Program-made: the position numbers and the translations under genes | Assembly (NCBI RefSeq): GCF_006345805.1 | Contig: NC_043004.1 | Location: 30,814,001 to 30,878,000, forward strand | DNA from: Octopus sinensis | Taxonomy: Eukaryota | Direction: 5' to 3' | DNA length: 64,000 nt | Shown here: piece after piece, positions 51,395 through 64,000 of the stretch | Numbering within the stretch: position 1 is the stretch's first letter | Layout: each line of letters begins with the position of its first letter | The notes under the pieces: model-generated | What the model was told of the DNA's origin: nothing | The model's input: only the letters and a program-made list of their open reading frames with translations | The model's database searches: none

Positions 51395-52096
51395 GAAAGT
51401 GATCGATGCCAGGTCCACCTGACTGGCTCCTGTGTCAGTGGCACGTAAAAAAGTACCCACTACACTCTTGGAGTGGTTGGCATTAGGAAAGGCATCCAGC
51501 TGTGGGGGACTCTGTGATAGAGGTAGACCCAGGAAGACATGGGATGATCAGGTGAGGCATGATCTTCAAACTTTGAGCCTCGCAGCAGCAATGACTGGTG
51601 ACCAAGACCTTTGGTGATGTGCTATGCTTGAGAGGACCCGTCAAGCCAAGTGTACCCATGCTGGTGGCACATAAAGAACATCTTTTGAATGTTGGGCCTC
51701 ACAGAAGTAAAGTGGCTGAGTTCCTTTTGAGCGTTGGGCCTCACAGAGGCAAAGTGGTTGAGTTCCTTTTGAGCGTTGGGCCTCACAGAGGCAATGGCCA
51801 AGACCTTTGTCATTATATCATGCTTGAGAAGAAGACCCATCAAGCCATGCAAAATTGCAATCGTGACAGATACCAGTATCACACAAAATGGCACCCATGC
51901 TAGTGTCACATAAAAAGCACCCATTATTCTCTGAGAATGGTTGGTGTTAGGAAGGGCATCCAGCCATAGAAAACCATGCCATTCAGACTGGAGTCTGGTG
52001 CAGCCTTCCATCATATCAGCCCAGTCAAACCGTCCAGCCCCTGCCAGCATGGACAACAGACATTAAATGATGATGATGATGATGATGATGATGATT
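51395..52096 (+). mobile_element. Rearranged RTE-clade LINE 3' end
   Basis: CDRGRPRKTWDDQVRHDLQTL, internal 45-bp repeats (TTTTGAGCGTTGGGCCTCACAGAGGCAA...) and a (GAT)n tail. Confidence 0.8.
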
Positions 52097-52214
52097 CATA
52101 TCTGTACATATATGTGTATGAATTTATGTATATGTTTATGTGTATGTACATATATATTTTTATACATACATATACATAGATATATATATTTATACATATA
52201 TATGTATATATATA

Positions 52215-52245
<31 letters not shown>

Positions 52246-53043
52246 GACATATATATATACATTTGTGTGTGTGTATGTGTGTGTGTATGTGTGTGTGTGT
52301 GCACATGTGCACATACGTGGGTGAAAATGTTTGAATATAATACAAAACCTTGATTGGAGGTTGGTGGGTTTGGGGATCATTTTTTTTACATATAATTGTT
52401 TAGGTGAATAATAAATTTCTATTTTGTTATTTTGATTCTTTCAAGATTATATATATTTTGTTATCAAAATATATATAATCTTGAAAAAATCTCTCTGATA
52501 GATGCAAAAATTATGTAATATAAACTGGGAAAAAATTTATAAGTTTATGGAAATATAAATTCATAAAATATATAAATATATCAAAATATGAATTTATAAA
52601 GTTATAAAAATGTTTTTAGCTCCCCGTATTCATGCTTTGACTGTTTTCTACACTTATATCTAAACACACACACACGTCTACAAATTCTCACCTACATACA
52701 TATATGCCTTTACACAGTCACACGCTCAGATAATAACTAAAATTCATTTGAATGTTAGACTGACAGAAAGATGAATATTAGAAAACATTAAGTTGATGGT
52801 GCAATGAAGTGAGCTGAATCACTGATGGATGAAGAAAAGTGGAAATAGTTGAGGTATCTTAAAAGGTAATCTAGATGATAAAAAACTTATACAGATGATA
52901 ACGAAAAACATGTGATGTAGATGATCAAAGAAAAATTATCAGAACAGCTATATTGCCATGGAAACTTCACGTCTCGGTTCTGCTGCTGGTTATGCTTAAC
53001 TGAAAAGAAAAAATGGCTCCTCCTGCAATAAAATAACAACAGC

Positions 53044-53620
53044 TTAATCTTTTTGTTACCATATTTCTGATGAAATACATTGCCTTTATTTCAATTAATT
53101 TTGAAAATAAAGAATTTAGTAAAATAATTTTGCCATGATTAAGCTGGTTTCTGGAACATAAATTAACGTAAAATTTTAATGGAAGGTTTTAATTTCGATA
53201 ACTTTAACCCTTTCGTTACCATATTTTGTTGATATAGAAGATAATAAAAAGAAAAAAATGATTAAAATAACTTTGTAATTATTAATCCAGTGTTAGAACT
53301 AGGGTGGTCTCAGGTAGGTTGATGTCAAAATCTAAAGACAGAACTATAGAATTCTTTGAAACTTTTAACCAAAATATCTATTTTGGCTCAATATAAATTA
53401 CCTTAACCCTTTCTTTTCTAACCCGGCCAAAACCGGCTCTGGCTCTGTAGTACAAATGTCTTGTTTTCATAAGTTTTGAATTAAAATCTTCCACCAAACC
53501 TTAGTCACAATTTATGTTCCTAACACTAGCTGAATGATAACTAAGTTATTTTACTAAATCCTTTGTTATATTTAAAGTAATTGAAAGAAACACAGGGCAT
53601 CTCAAAATAAATACAGTACA
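53044..53620. mobile_element. Cluster of piggyBac-like MITE fragments
   Basis: Repeated TTAACCCTTTC starts (about 53204 and 53403); related sequence at about 19295-19508. Confidence 0.5.
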
Positions 53621-53961
53621 CATAATAACATTTTGATTTTGATTGGATAAAAGAATTGTGAAATATAACTGCCATCTTTGTTAACTTCTGTAAACTCTTT
53701 TTAAAGAAATTTTGTCACTTCTGGTTATTCTATCCATCCAGCCAAGCAACTTTCCAATGCTATACTTTATTTTGTTTTGAATATCAGATCAATATGATTT
53801 GGATACCAGATCAATGGTCTATTAAGGACAATTCCTTTTTACTCTATTTTGATTCATTTTGCTTCACTTCCGATCATTTTAAATTCATTTTAAATCCATT
53901 TGCTTTATTTTACATTCATCTTTTTTAATTCACATAATTTCCAATCCCTATCGTAAAAGCA

Positions 53962-54009
<48 letters not shown>

Positions 54010-54013
<4 letters not shown>

Positions 54014-54181
54014 TTACAGGAAACGACTTCCAGACCAGATTACAAAAGTGGCAAGAATGCTAGAACCAGTGTACTGCTGTACAAGGTGACTATTTCAAAG
54101 GGGATTATGTTAAAATTAAGGTAAATAAGTTATTTTTTATCAAAAATAACTAGTCCAGGAACCTTTTTATACCACCTCATA
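54010..54181 (+). mobile_element. Mariner 3' end fragment with TIR
   Basis: LQKWQEC*NQCTAVQGDYF, then ...CCAGGAACCTTTTTATACCACCTCA-TA. Confidence 0.65.
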
Positions 54182-54189
54182 TGTATAAA

Positions 54190-54880
54190 CAAGGGTGGAT
54201 TGAAATGTTCATAGGCTAATTATGAAGGAGTTGTGCTAGAGTTGTGAAATCTTGCATACACTAATTTCAACCTTTCTTATTCATAACTGCATTGTTTCAT
54301 TCCAGATGAATTGACATCTGGCTGTTCAAAGAAGACTTAAAGAGTAACTAGTAGCAACTTCTCTTGCAAATGGACAAAATTTGTCAATTTTCCTGATGTT
54401 ATTAAGTACTGGCAGAAAAGGGGTTTAACCCTCACATGGACACTCATACCAACATGGTTGATACATTAGGGGATGATGTTCTAGTTTTATTAACAATGCA
54501 AAAGTGGGCAGTTGAATTTATAGGGGAATGGAGAGTCTTAGACGTCCTGCAAAGTGTGGGCATCCTGCAACTGCCACCACTGGGGAAAACACTCATTGTT
54601 CACTGCATGGTAATGGATGATCAGAAATCGACTACAAATCAAATAGCCAATACTATTAGCATATCCCATGAGATAGTTGATTTCATTCTATGCAACAAGC
54701 TTGATATGATGAAGGTTTGTGCTTGGTGGGTGCCACATCTACTGACACCTGATCGAAAGTGCACTAGGGTGATTACACCACAGGAAAATCTGGTTTCTTT
54801 AAACATTTTCTAACCCAAGATGAATGTTGGGGTCATCACATTGAGCCAGAGACAAAGTGACAATCCATGCAGTGGAAACA
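54190..54880 (+). pseudogene. 5' part of a decayed mariner (irritans/Himar-like)
   Basis: NQIANTISISHEIVDFILCNKLDMMKVCAWWVPHLLTPDRK, then QDECWGHHIEPETK*QSMQWKH. Confidence 0.8.
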
Positions 54881-55187
54881 CTATTACACCTGTAATAACG
54901 CCACCTCTTTCATTCTACTACATCCCCACTCAGATAAAGGTGATATTTCTTTGCCTTGTGAGTTACTTGATGAACTCATTAATGCCAGTGTCACAGTGGG
55001 CTGGGGAACCACTCAGTGAACTCTGTAAGGTAGTAAGTGTTAAGAGGGAATCAAGATGTATAAACCATGCCAAAGTAGTCACTGGAGCGTGGTCATAGTC
55101 CCCAGGCTTGTTGGATTCTGTCAAATCATTCCACCAATGCCAGTATGGAAGATGGATGTTTAGTGATGATGTTGATGATGATGATGT

Positions 55188-55220
<33 letters not shown>

Positions 55221-55601
55221 ATTTTATGAACTTATATATTTACAATTTTTTTCATCGTATTTTTATCTCACACTTTTAAAATATTTTGCTATCAGATAAT
55301 TTTTATTTAATCATCTCTATCACTTGTTTTTCCTTTTTTTACTTAATATCTATTCAGGTTTTTATATCATTTGTATCATCTTTGTCGATTCATTGATTAT
55401 TTTCACTTATTCTTCATCCATCATCCATTCACCTCAATTTAATGTTGCATCGCTCAAATGTAATTTATATCATTCTTCCATGTTTTCTTTTAATAAGTAT
55501 TAATCTTCACAGGTTTTAGTTATTCATTGAGCATTTGTCCAAATAAGAGAATGTTGTTTGTAGATGTGATGTGTGTATTACTATTTTAATCTCTAATTCA
55601 G

Positions 55602-55745
55602 GAGGAAGCAATAATGCCTATGACCCTTTACAGAGCCTCTGAGACAAGTGGGATGGGGAAAAACGAGGACGATGTCCTCGAACCAGAGATCTGGCTTGAA
55701 TGCTTGCAACAAAGTGGACTCAGTGAAAAGCATCCAATGTATCAG
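55602..55745 (+). CDS. Candidate internal coding exon of an unidentified host gene (48 codons, phase 0-0)
   Basis: Acceptor TTTTAATCTCTAATTCAG, donor CAG|GTAAGG, 144 nt, GC-richer than flanks, one open frame only: EEAIMPMTLYRASETSGMGKNEDDVLEPEIWLECLQQSGLSEKHPMYQ. Confidence 0.55.
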
Positions 55746-56849
55746 GTAAGGATTGTTAAAACAGGCAAGGAGTTAACCCTTTAACATTTAAAATAGCCAT
55801 ATTTAGCCAAAATAATTCACCTATTTTATCTTCAGACCAGCCAGATCTGACCTGTCTAAAAATTAACAATCACATCATTGAAATGTCAAGGTTATGACTA
55901 ATGCCCAATTAATTCAAACCAATATAATAAATAAGTATTACATAAATAAGTATGCCAGTGTCATATAACTGGCCCCTTTAAAAGCACCCTTCTGTCATTG
56001 GCCAATATGCCATGCTTGTGAAGACCTGTTGAACCATGTGAACTCATATTTATGGCTGATACCAGAGCCACCTGACAGGCTCCCGTACTGGTGACACATA
56101 AAAAGCACCCACAGCACTCTCAGAGTGGTTGGCATTACGAAGAGCATCTGGCTGTAGAAACCTTGCCAAATCAGATTCAAGCCTGGTGCAGCCTCCCAGC
56201 TTGCCGGTTCTCGGTCAAATTGTCCAACCCATGCCAGCATGGAAAGTGGATGTTAAAGGATGATGATGATTTGGCAGAGAAATCTGAATACTATTAAGTC
56301 GACTGCCCAAGTAAGCCACTGCCACTGTAGGAATTGAACTCAGGATGCAAAGCTGGAACAAATACCACAAGGTATTCACTCCCACCAATATATCAGCTTT
56401 AGCTGGTGTTTTATTTATCAAGCAGGGAAAGATGAACAGTAAAGTCAACCTAATAGGATTTGAACTCAGAATTTTAGGTACTGGAATAAGTACCAAATGT
56501 GGAAGTGTGTCTATGTGTCTGTGTTTGTTTAGATTTAAATTTCTTTTAGTTTGATTTTAAATTTGTTTGTTGTTATTTTTCCTTTTATTTTTGTTGTTTA
56601 TGGAAACTTCACAGTTTTATTAACTTAACATTTTAGAAAGTAAGTTATCATAGAGGAGGAGGAGGAGGAGAGAATTGTATGCAAGTAGCCATCTTCATAT
56701 GTAATTTCAATATGTGAATATACATATAATATATGTGTGATATGTATATACATACATATATGTATACATGTATGTATGCATGGATGGATGGATGGATGGA
56801 TGGATGTGCAATTATATGTGTTTATATATGTGCAGATTTTATTTATTTA

Positions 56850-56990
56850 TTAGGTTGTTCCAAAAGTTCGTAAACACTTGCGAAAATTGAATTTTTACTC
56901 GCCAAGTACTAACAAAAACAACAAAAATTATTCCTCAAAATAAAGACCATTATTTTCCAAGACTTTCTACGAACTTTTGGGATAACCTTA
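56850..56990. mobile_element. Mariner-derived MITE, 141 bp
   Basis: TA flanks; TTAGGTTGTTCCAAAAGTTCGTA / TACGAACTTTTGGGATAACCTTA. Confidence 0.75.
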
Positions 56991-57089
56991 TATTTCTAAA
57001 TCAAATTTAGAAATTTGGAGATCAATTTAAAATTTGAAACTCTGAATTTTAAAATGATTAATAATAAGTAATGGATTCTTTTATAAGAA

Positions 57090-59200
57090 GTGATGTTATA
57101 TGTAATATATAATCTACAAGAGGGGATTATATTTAATATCATCTACAAGAGAGGGTTATATATATGATCCAAAATAGTGGTTATACAGAATACAGTCTAC
57201 AAGAGGTGTTATGTATAATATCTTCTAAAAGTGAGGGTTTTATATAATATACTCTACACAAGGGGGTTATATATAATATAATCTACAATAAGGGTATTAT
57301 ATATAATGTGATGTTCAAGAGGGGTGTTATATATAATATAATGTAAAAGAGAGGGAAAAATATAATATAATCTACATAAAGGGATAGATGAGTGGCTGGT
57401 GAGAGCTGTACAAGCCATGTGCAGGGATGCTGTCAGTAAGGTGAAGGTTAGCAATGAGTATAATGATGAATTCAGTGTACAAGTAGAGGTTCACCAAGGA
57501 TCAGTCCTCACCTCCATCTGATTCATCATAGTCCTTCAAGCAATAACAGAGGAATTTAAGTCAGGCAACCTCTGGGAGCTCCTGTATGGAGATGATCTTG
57601 TTCTTATAGCTGAATCACAAGAACTAGAGAAAAAAATTTCAGGTGTAGAAGCAAGTTCTAGAATCAAAAGGTCTTTGTCAATTTAGCAAAAACTAAAAAA
57701 CTAAAAATAGGAAAGCAGACAAATCACAGACCCCTTCAGATAGATGGCCCAGCTCAATATATAGAAAAGGCGTAGGTAGAAACTCCATAAGATGTACCAA
57801 TAAAAGGTGAAGCAATACCAGAGGACGGTTTGTGTGTGGCAGATGTACAGGTACAATAAACACTAGAAATGTACAGAAAATGGACTCCAAGAAATGCCAA
57901 TGGGGATACCTAGAAGTAGCTGATTATCTAGGCGACCAAGTCAGCAGTGGAGGGGAATGCACAGAGAACATAGCTGCCTGAATAAGAATAGGCTGGGTAA
58001 AGTTCAGAGAGTTTCTACCTCTGTTGGTAACTAAGAGCCTCTCCCTCAGAATGAAAAGTAGACTGTATGATGGCTGTGTACGAACAGCTATGCTACATGG
58101 CAGTGAAACTTGGGCTGTAACCACAAAGGACATGCAAAAGCTTGTAGGAAATGAAGCTCGTATGCTCACTGGATGTGCAATGTCACTGAGCATATTTGAC
58201 AGAGCACAAATGTCTTGAAAGAAAAACTGGGCATAAAAGGCATCAGATGTGGTGCACAAGAGAGACAACTATACTGGTATAGTTATGCGATGTGTATGGA
58301 CAAGGTCCGCTGTATAAAGAAGTGCTGATCCCTAACTGTGGAGGGAACCTGTGGAAGAGGTAGACCCAGAAAGACATGGGATAAGGTAGTGAAGCATGAT
58401 CTTCGAATGTTGACCTCACAGAGGTGATGACAAGTAACCAAGACTTTCAGTGATATGCTGTGCTTGAGAGGACTCGTCAAGCCAAGTGCAATCACCATTG
58501 AAGGTGTCCTGCAAATGGCACTCATGAAATCATAATTGTGACCGTTGCCAGTAGCATGGTCTTCAAATGGTGGGCATCGTGGAGGTGATGACAAGAGACT
58601 GAGACCGTTTGTAATATGTTGTGCTGGGAAGACTCATTAAGCCAAGTAAAATCATAGTCACGGCCATTGCTGATGTCATGTAAATGGTTCCCATGCTAAT
58701 GGCACGTAAAAAGCACCCATTACACTCTTGGAGTGGTTGGCGTTAGGAAGTGCATCCAGCCATAGAAACCAAGCCAAATCAGATTGGAAACTGGTGCCGC
58801 TGTCCAGCTTTCCAACTGTCTAACCGATGCCAGCATGGAAAGCATACATTAAATGATGATGATGAATCTACACAAAGGGTGGTTATATATGATATAATAT
58901 ACAACAGGGGGATTATATATAATATTATGTCCAAGAAAGGGTTTTACATTATAATCTATAAGAGGGAGTTCTACAACATGATCTATAGGCAGGGGTCATA
59001 TATTATATAATCTACAAGAGCTGGTTATATGCTTATAATATGGTCTACAATTGAGTGTTATATATAATATAATCTACAAGAGGCAGTTTTATATATATAT
59101 AAAATGGTCTACAATGGGGTGTTATATATATAATATGGTCTACAATGGGATGTTATATATAATGCAATCTACAAGAGACAATTATATATGATACAACCTT
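57090..59200. repeat. About 31-bp minisatellite (ATATAATATAATCTACAAGAGGGGGTTAT), split by the LINE at 57384-58864
   Basis: Units visible at 57090-57383 and 58865-59200. Confidence 0.8.
57384..58864 (+). mobile_element. 5'-truncated RTE-clade LINE with RT domain
   Basis: IDEWLVRAVQAM...VHQGSVL...WELLYGDDLVLIAES; YLGD; RTAMLHGSETWA; GRGRPRKTW; (GAT)n tail; probable 15-bp TSD AATCTACA(T/C)AAAGGG at 57369-57383 and 58865-58879. Confidence 0.9.
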
Positions 59201-60450
59201 CAAGATTATTCTCCTTAAAATGTAATCTTTAAACCAGGACTTTTAGTCATTAAAATGCATGTTGACTTATCCTGTTGGTAATTATCTATAATGTTTCAGT
59301 AGAGTTGTTGTCCCATGGAGATGATAATTCACTTTCTGTTTAACACCAACAGCTGACACTTAGAGTACCTTTGACAGAATCCCCTTCTTGCATACATTCA
59401 GTCTACATGTCCAATCTAAGGATAACTTCCTCCTTGCCTTCCACCTTGAAAGCCCTAAAAAGATGTGACAGTTTTTCCATTTAACTGGGCCTTCATTTTT
59501 CTTTGTTTTGTTTCGTTTTGTTTTTTTAATTAAAAATAGCTAACTCACATTTACCAGCCCTAATTTATCATGGACTCTTGATTTCTACTGTACCTATTTA
59601 AAGATGGTAGATTATGCTTCAGGGAAGATATTAGTTGCTATTTCTAGAAGGTTGAAATATGATGTGAAAGAGAATTTCTCATTGGTTCAGACATTACACA
59701 GTAACAACAGCTGACTGTTTTATATTGAAATGTAGTAACTGTATATTGAACAAGTATTTTTGTAGGCTGTTATGTTAAGTTCAGGTCTTTCTACCCCACC
59801 CACCCCATCCTTTCTCATGGGCCTGGAATATGTAAAATCTTCTTCTCTGTTTTCTCTCAGGGGAAATCAGTAGGAATAACCATAAATAGAATCATTTCTC
59901 TCCTCTAATGGTATAGAACAAGAAACAGCAACAGTAGTAGTAGCACTAGTAGCAGTAATAGCAGAAGCAGTAGTAGCAGTAGCAGCAATAGCAACATATA
60001 TGAGCCAACAAAAGGGAACCTCTAGACAGTTGCTCAACCAGCTAGAAAGTGCAATCCTGTCTCCCTCATAGCATACACCATCATCTTGTAAACAAGAAGG
60101 GACATACAAAGTAGATAATATAGTCATGGTCTTGAATACCTGTCATGGCTGGAACACTTTTGATCATAGATTGGCTAAATCAGAGCCACCTTGGAGTTGA
60201 ACAGTAATATATTTTTTTCACATAATAGCTTGGACACAGATGACAACATCATCATCATCATCATCATCAACAACTGCACTTGAAAACACTGTTTTATCTT
60301 CAGTGAACATCAGAAAAGCTTCAATACCCTCTAATAGATAAATGTCTGTTTTAACAATGACAATGTTAAATTGTTCTACAGAATATAGCTATAGATTCTT
60401 ATCAATATTGTGTGTATACGTGTATATATATATATATGTGTGTATGTATG

Positions 60451-60521
<71 letters not shown>

Positions 60522-60536
60522 TATATATAAGCAGAT

Positions 60537-60584
<48 letters not shown>

Positions 60585-61624
60585 ATAGATAGAATGATAG
60601 ATAGATGGACAGATAGATTGACTGACAGATGGATAGAGACTGACAGACAGATAGACAGAAAGAGACAAATGTAAACACCATTTTGGTATATTCAATATTT
60701 AAATGGATATTGCTCAACTATATAAGCTTCAATCCTGCGTTGGGATTTCATCAGCAAGTGAGTACCCACTTTAACTATCCAGAACAGTATTGCTTATAAG
60801 CCTGTTATGACTAAAGGTTTAAATAAATAGGAGCCACTGATTTGCATACATAATGTATTTATGAGATCTATTTCTATCAATAAATTACTAGCTTGTTAAC
60901 ATTGTTTTGTCTTAATACTCTACTGTACAAGAGATAGTAGATAAAGACAAAGTGTTTACATCTGTCTATGAAGGCTATAATCTATAGATATATTCTATAG
61001 TATAGTATAAACTGAGACAAAACATAAGTACAGCACCAGTAATTTATCGATACAACTAACTGCCAAGGATGTCTAATTGATTTACTTAAGTCCTTAGTCG
61101 AGTGGGATCGTTACCAGCATCGCCTTACTGGCACCGGTGCCATTGGCATGTGTCAAAAAAAAAAAATTCGAGCGAGGTCATTGCCAGTACTGCCTGACTG
61201 GCCCCCATGCTGGTGGCACGTAAAAGCACCCACTACACTCTCGAAGTGATTGGCGTTAGGAAGGGCATCCAGCTGTAGAAACTCTGCCAGATCGAGACTG
61301 GAGCCTGGTGCAGCCATCTGATTCGCCAGCCCACAGTCAAACCATCCAACCCATGCTAGCATGGAAAGTGGACGTTAAATGATGATGATGATGTCTCTAC
61401 TGAAGAGAGCAGGTCAGAGGACAGACTTTTTAAAACGTTGTTGGCTCTGGAAGTATTGTTCCTGTACACTAAATAAACTTTGTGGCCTGATAGGTAGTTT
61501 GTTTGCCTGCAACAGGTTTGGTTTCTAAGAGTGATGTTTAGTATTTTTGGGGGGTGGGGGGTGAAAGTTTTGCTGCTGTCAATGGTAATAAGATTGGTTC
61601 ATATGGGTGGTCTTTTGTAATCTC

Positions 61625-62075
61625 ATCATCATCACAACCACTACCACCATCATGAATACTATCACAGTTTTCACTGCCACCACCACCATCATGACCACCA
61701 TGATCATAATCAGCAGCAGTAACAGCATTGTCATCATCATCACCATCACTATTGCAATTACACTCACCAACGTCACTACCACCACCTTCATCATCATCAC
61801 CATCATTATTGTTATTATCATCGTCATCATCATCATTATCTTCCCTTTCTTTCAATGAAGCCATCATGTTATTTTCTGTGCAAATATTTGGAGTAATGGT
61901 GATCGTTGAGTGTAAAGTTTTGATTCCATGTTGTGATTAAAATAAAAAGATATGAGGATCAATAATGCCAATGACTAGCCTTTCCAGAATTTTTGTGAAC
62001 ACCATTATCATCACCATCATCAAACATTATCATCATTATCACTGTCATCGTCGTCGTCATCATCATCATCATCAA
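61625..62075. repeat. Degenerate (CAT/CAC)n triplet tract
   Basis: Direct reading. Confidence 0.85.
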
Positions 62076-63169
62076 TTTAGCACCTAGTTTTCAATGCTTG
62101 CATGGGTCAAAAGGAATTCGTTGAGGCCAGCAGATTTTCTCTGGCTGGAGATCCTTCCTGTTGTGAAACCTCACCTGTTTCCAAACAAGGTAATATTCCT
62201 CATGACCAGACGTTTAAAACGAAGATTCCAAATGAAGGACACCACTGACATGATGGTGACAATTGCTTACAATTATCACATAATGTCACAGCACACATAC
62301 ACACACTGCACACACACACACATACACACACACACACACACACTGCACACACACACATATATTGATTTCAAATTTTAGTACTAGGCCAGTAATTTTGATG
62401 GAGGGGATAAGTCGATTATGTCAACCCCAGTGCTCAACTGGTATTTATTTTATCAACCCTGAAGGGATGAAAGGCAAAGTTGACCTCATTAGAATTCAAG
62501 CTCAGAACATAACAATAGATGAAATACCACTAAGGATTTTGGCAGGCTTCCTAATGATTCTACCAGCTTGCCACCTACACACACACACACACACACGCAC
62601 ACACACACACACTCACACACACACACTCACACACACACACTCACACATACTCACACACACACACACACACACATAGATATATAGACAGACAGACAGATAT
62701 GCAATGGGCTTCTTTCAGCTCCTGTCTACCAACACTCACAAGTTTTGATCAGCTCAGGTCTATGGTAAAAGACTCTTGCCCCAGGGTGCCATGCAGAGGG
62801 CCTGAACCTGAAAACATGTGGCTGGAAAACAACCTTCTTAACCACACAGCCATACCTACACCTGAACATAGCAGAATATCAGGTCCAGTTGGTGTTGTGA
62901 TTTTTGTTGGGCCTTAAAAAGATTGTGGCACCCTTTTGCAGTTTCCAGATTTGGGAAATTTTATAGCATTGGTATAAGTCATAGATGTCAGTTAGTACGA
63001 TATGGTGGGGAGAAGGGAGGGATGTAACTCAAAGGTGTAGGGATGGGATGCAGGGTGGTGGAGAGGTGATGTAGGGAGGTGGTGAGGAGGTGGAAATGAA
63101 GCGTGAAACTAGAACAACTTCAATCGATTACCACTGCCTATAAATAAGAGTACGATGTCAAGTGACACA

Positions 63170-63205
63170 AAATAACTACAGCAGAAGCAGCAGCAACAGC
63201 AACAG

Positions 63206-63237
<32 letters not shown>

Positions 63238-63400
63238 ATGACAGCAACAAGAGCAACAGCAACAACAGCAGCAACAGCAACAACAGCAGCAACAGCAACA
63301 ACAACAGCAGCAACAGCAGCAGTAACAACAACAACAACAGAAACAGCAGCAGCAGCAACAACAACATCAGCTGCAACAGCAGCAATGACAGCAACAAGAG

Positions 63401-63459
<59 letters not shown>

Positions 63460-63541
63460 GCAACAGCAGCAGCAGCAACAACAGCAGCAGCAGCAACAAC
63501 AGCAGCAGCAACAGCAACAACAACAGCAGCAGCAACAGCAA

Positions 63542-63573
<32 letters not shown>

Positions 63574-63610
63574 ACAACAGCAGCAGCAACAACAGCAGCA
63601 GCAACAGCAA

Positions 63611-63642
<32 letters not shown>

Positions 63643-63691
63643 ACAACAGCAGCAGCAACAGCAACAACAGCAGCAGCAGCAGCACTGACAG

Positions 63692-63723
<32 letters not shown>

Positions 63724-64000
63724 ACAGCAGCAGTAACAGCAACAACAGCAGCAGCAGCAGCAGCAGCACTGACAGCAACAACATCAGCAGCAACAGCAAC
63801 AACAACAGCAGCAGCAGCAACAGCACAACAGCAACAACAGCAGCAGCAGCAACAGCAACAACAGCAGCAACAGTAACAGCAGCAACAGCAGCACTGACAG
63901 CACAACAACAGCAACAGAAACAGCAGCAGCAGCAACAACAACATCAGCAGCAACAGCAACAACAGCAGCAGCAGCAGCAACAACAATAACATCAACAACT
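63170..64000. repeat. More than 830 bp of mixed (CAG)/(CAA) triplet repeat running off the window
   Basis: Direct reading. Confidence 0.95.

Overview
AT-rich eukaryotic DNA packed with (TA)n/(CA)n/(GAAA)n/triplet microsatellites and decayed transposons. The SINE, RTE-LINE and mariner complement looks like a coleoid cephalopod (Octopus-like) intron or intergenic region; the organism is an inference. Almost all ORFs in the supplied track are simple-repeat artefacts. Recognisable content: two decayed Penelope-like (GIY-YIG) retroelements, several mariner/Tc1, hAT, Helitron and piggyBac-like elements, RTE-clade LINE fragments, Gypsy remnants, several tRNA-derived SINE families, a 50-bp minisatellite with an internal inversion, and one convincing but unidentified + strand coding exon (55602-55745). 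The most interesting signal is a set of type I hammerhead ribozyme motifs. One intact motif is present twice, in the inverted termini of a Penelope element (2841-2882 minus, 6951-6992 plus). A second motif (50690-50759) lies inside a 353-bp non-coding unit with 62-bp terminal redundancy and a 63-bp inverted 5' arm, the footprint expected of a retrozyme-like small circular RNA copied by Penelope machinery. Several palindromic insertions in (TA)n tracts carry eroded hammerhead cores. Coordinates of old repeats are approximate and were read by eye.
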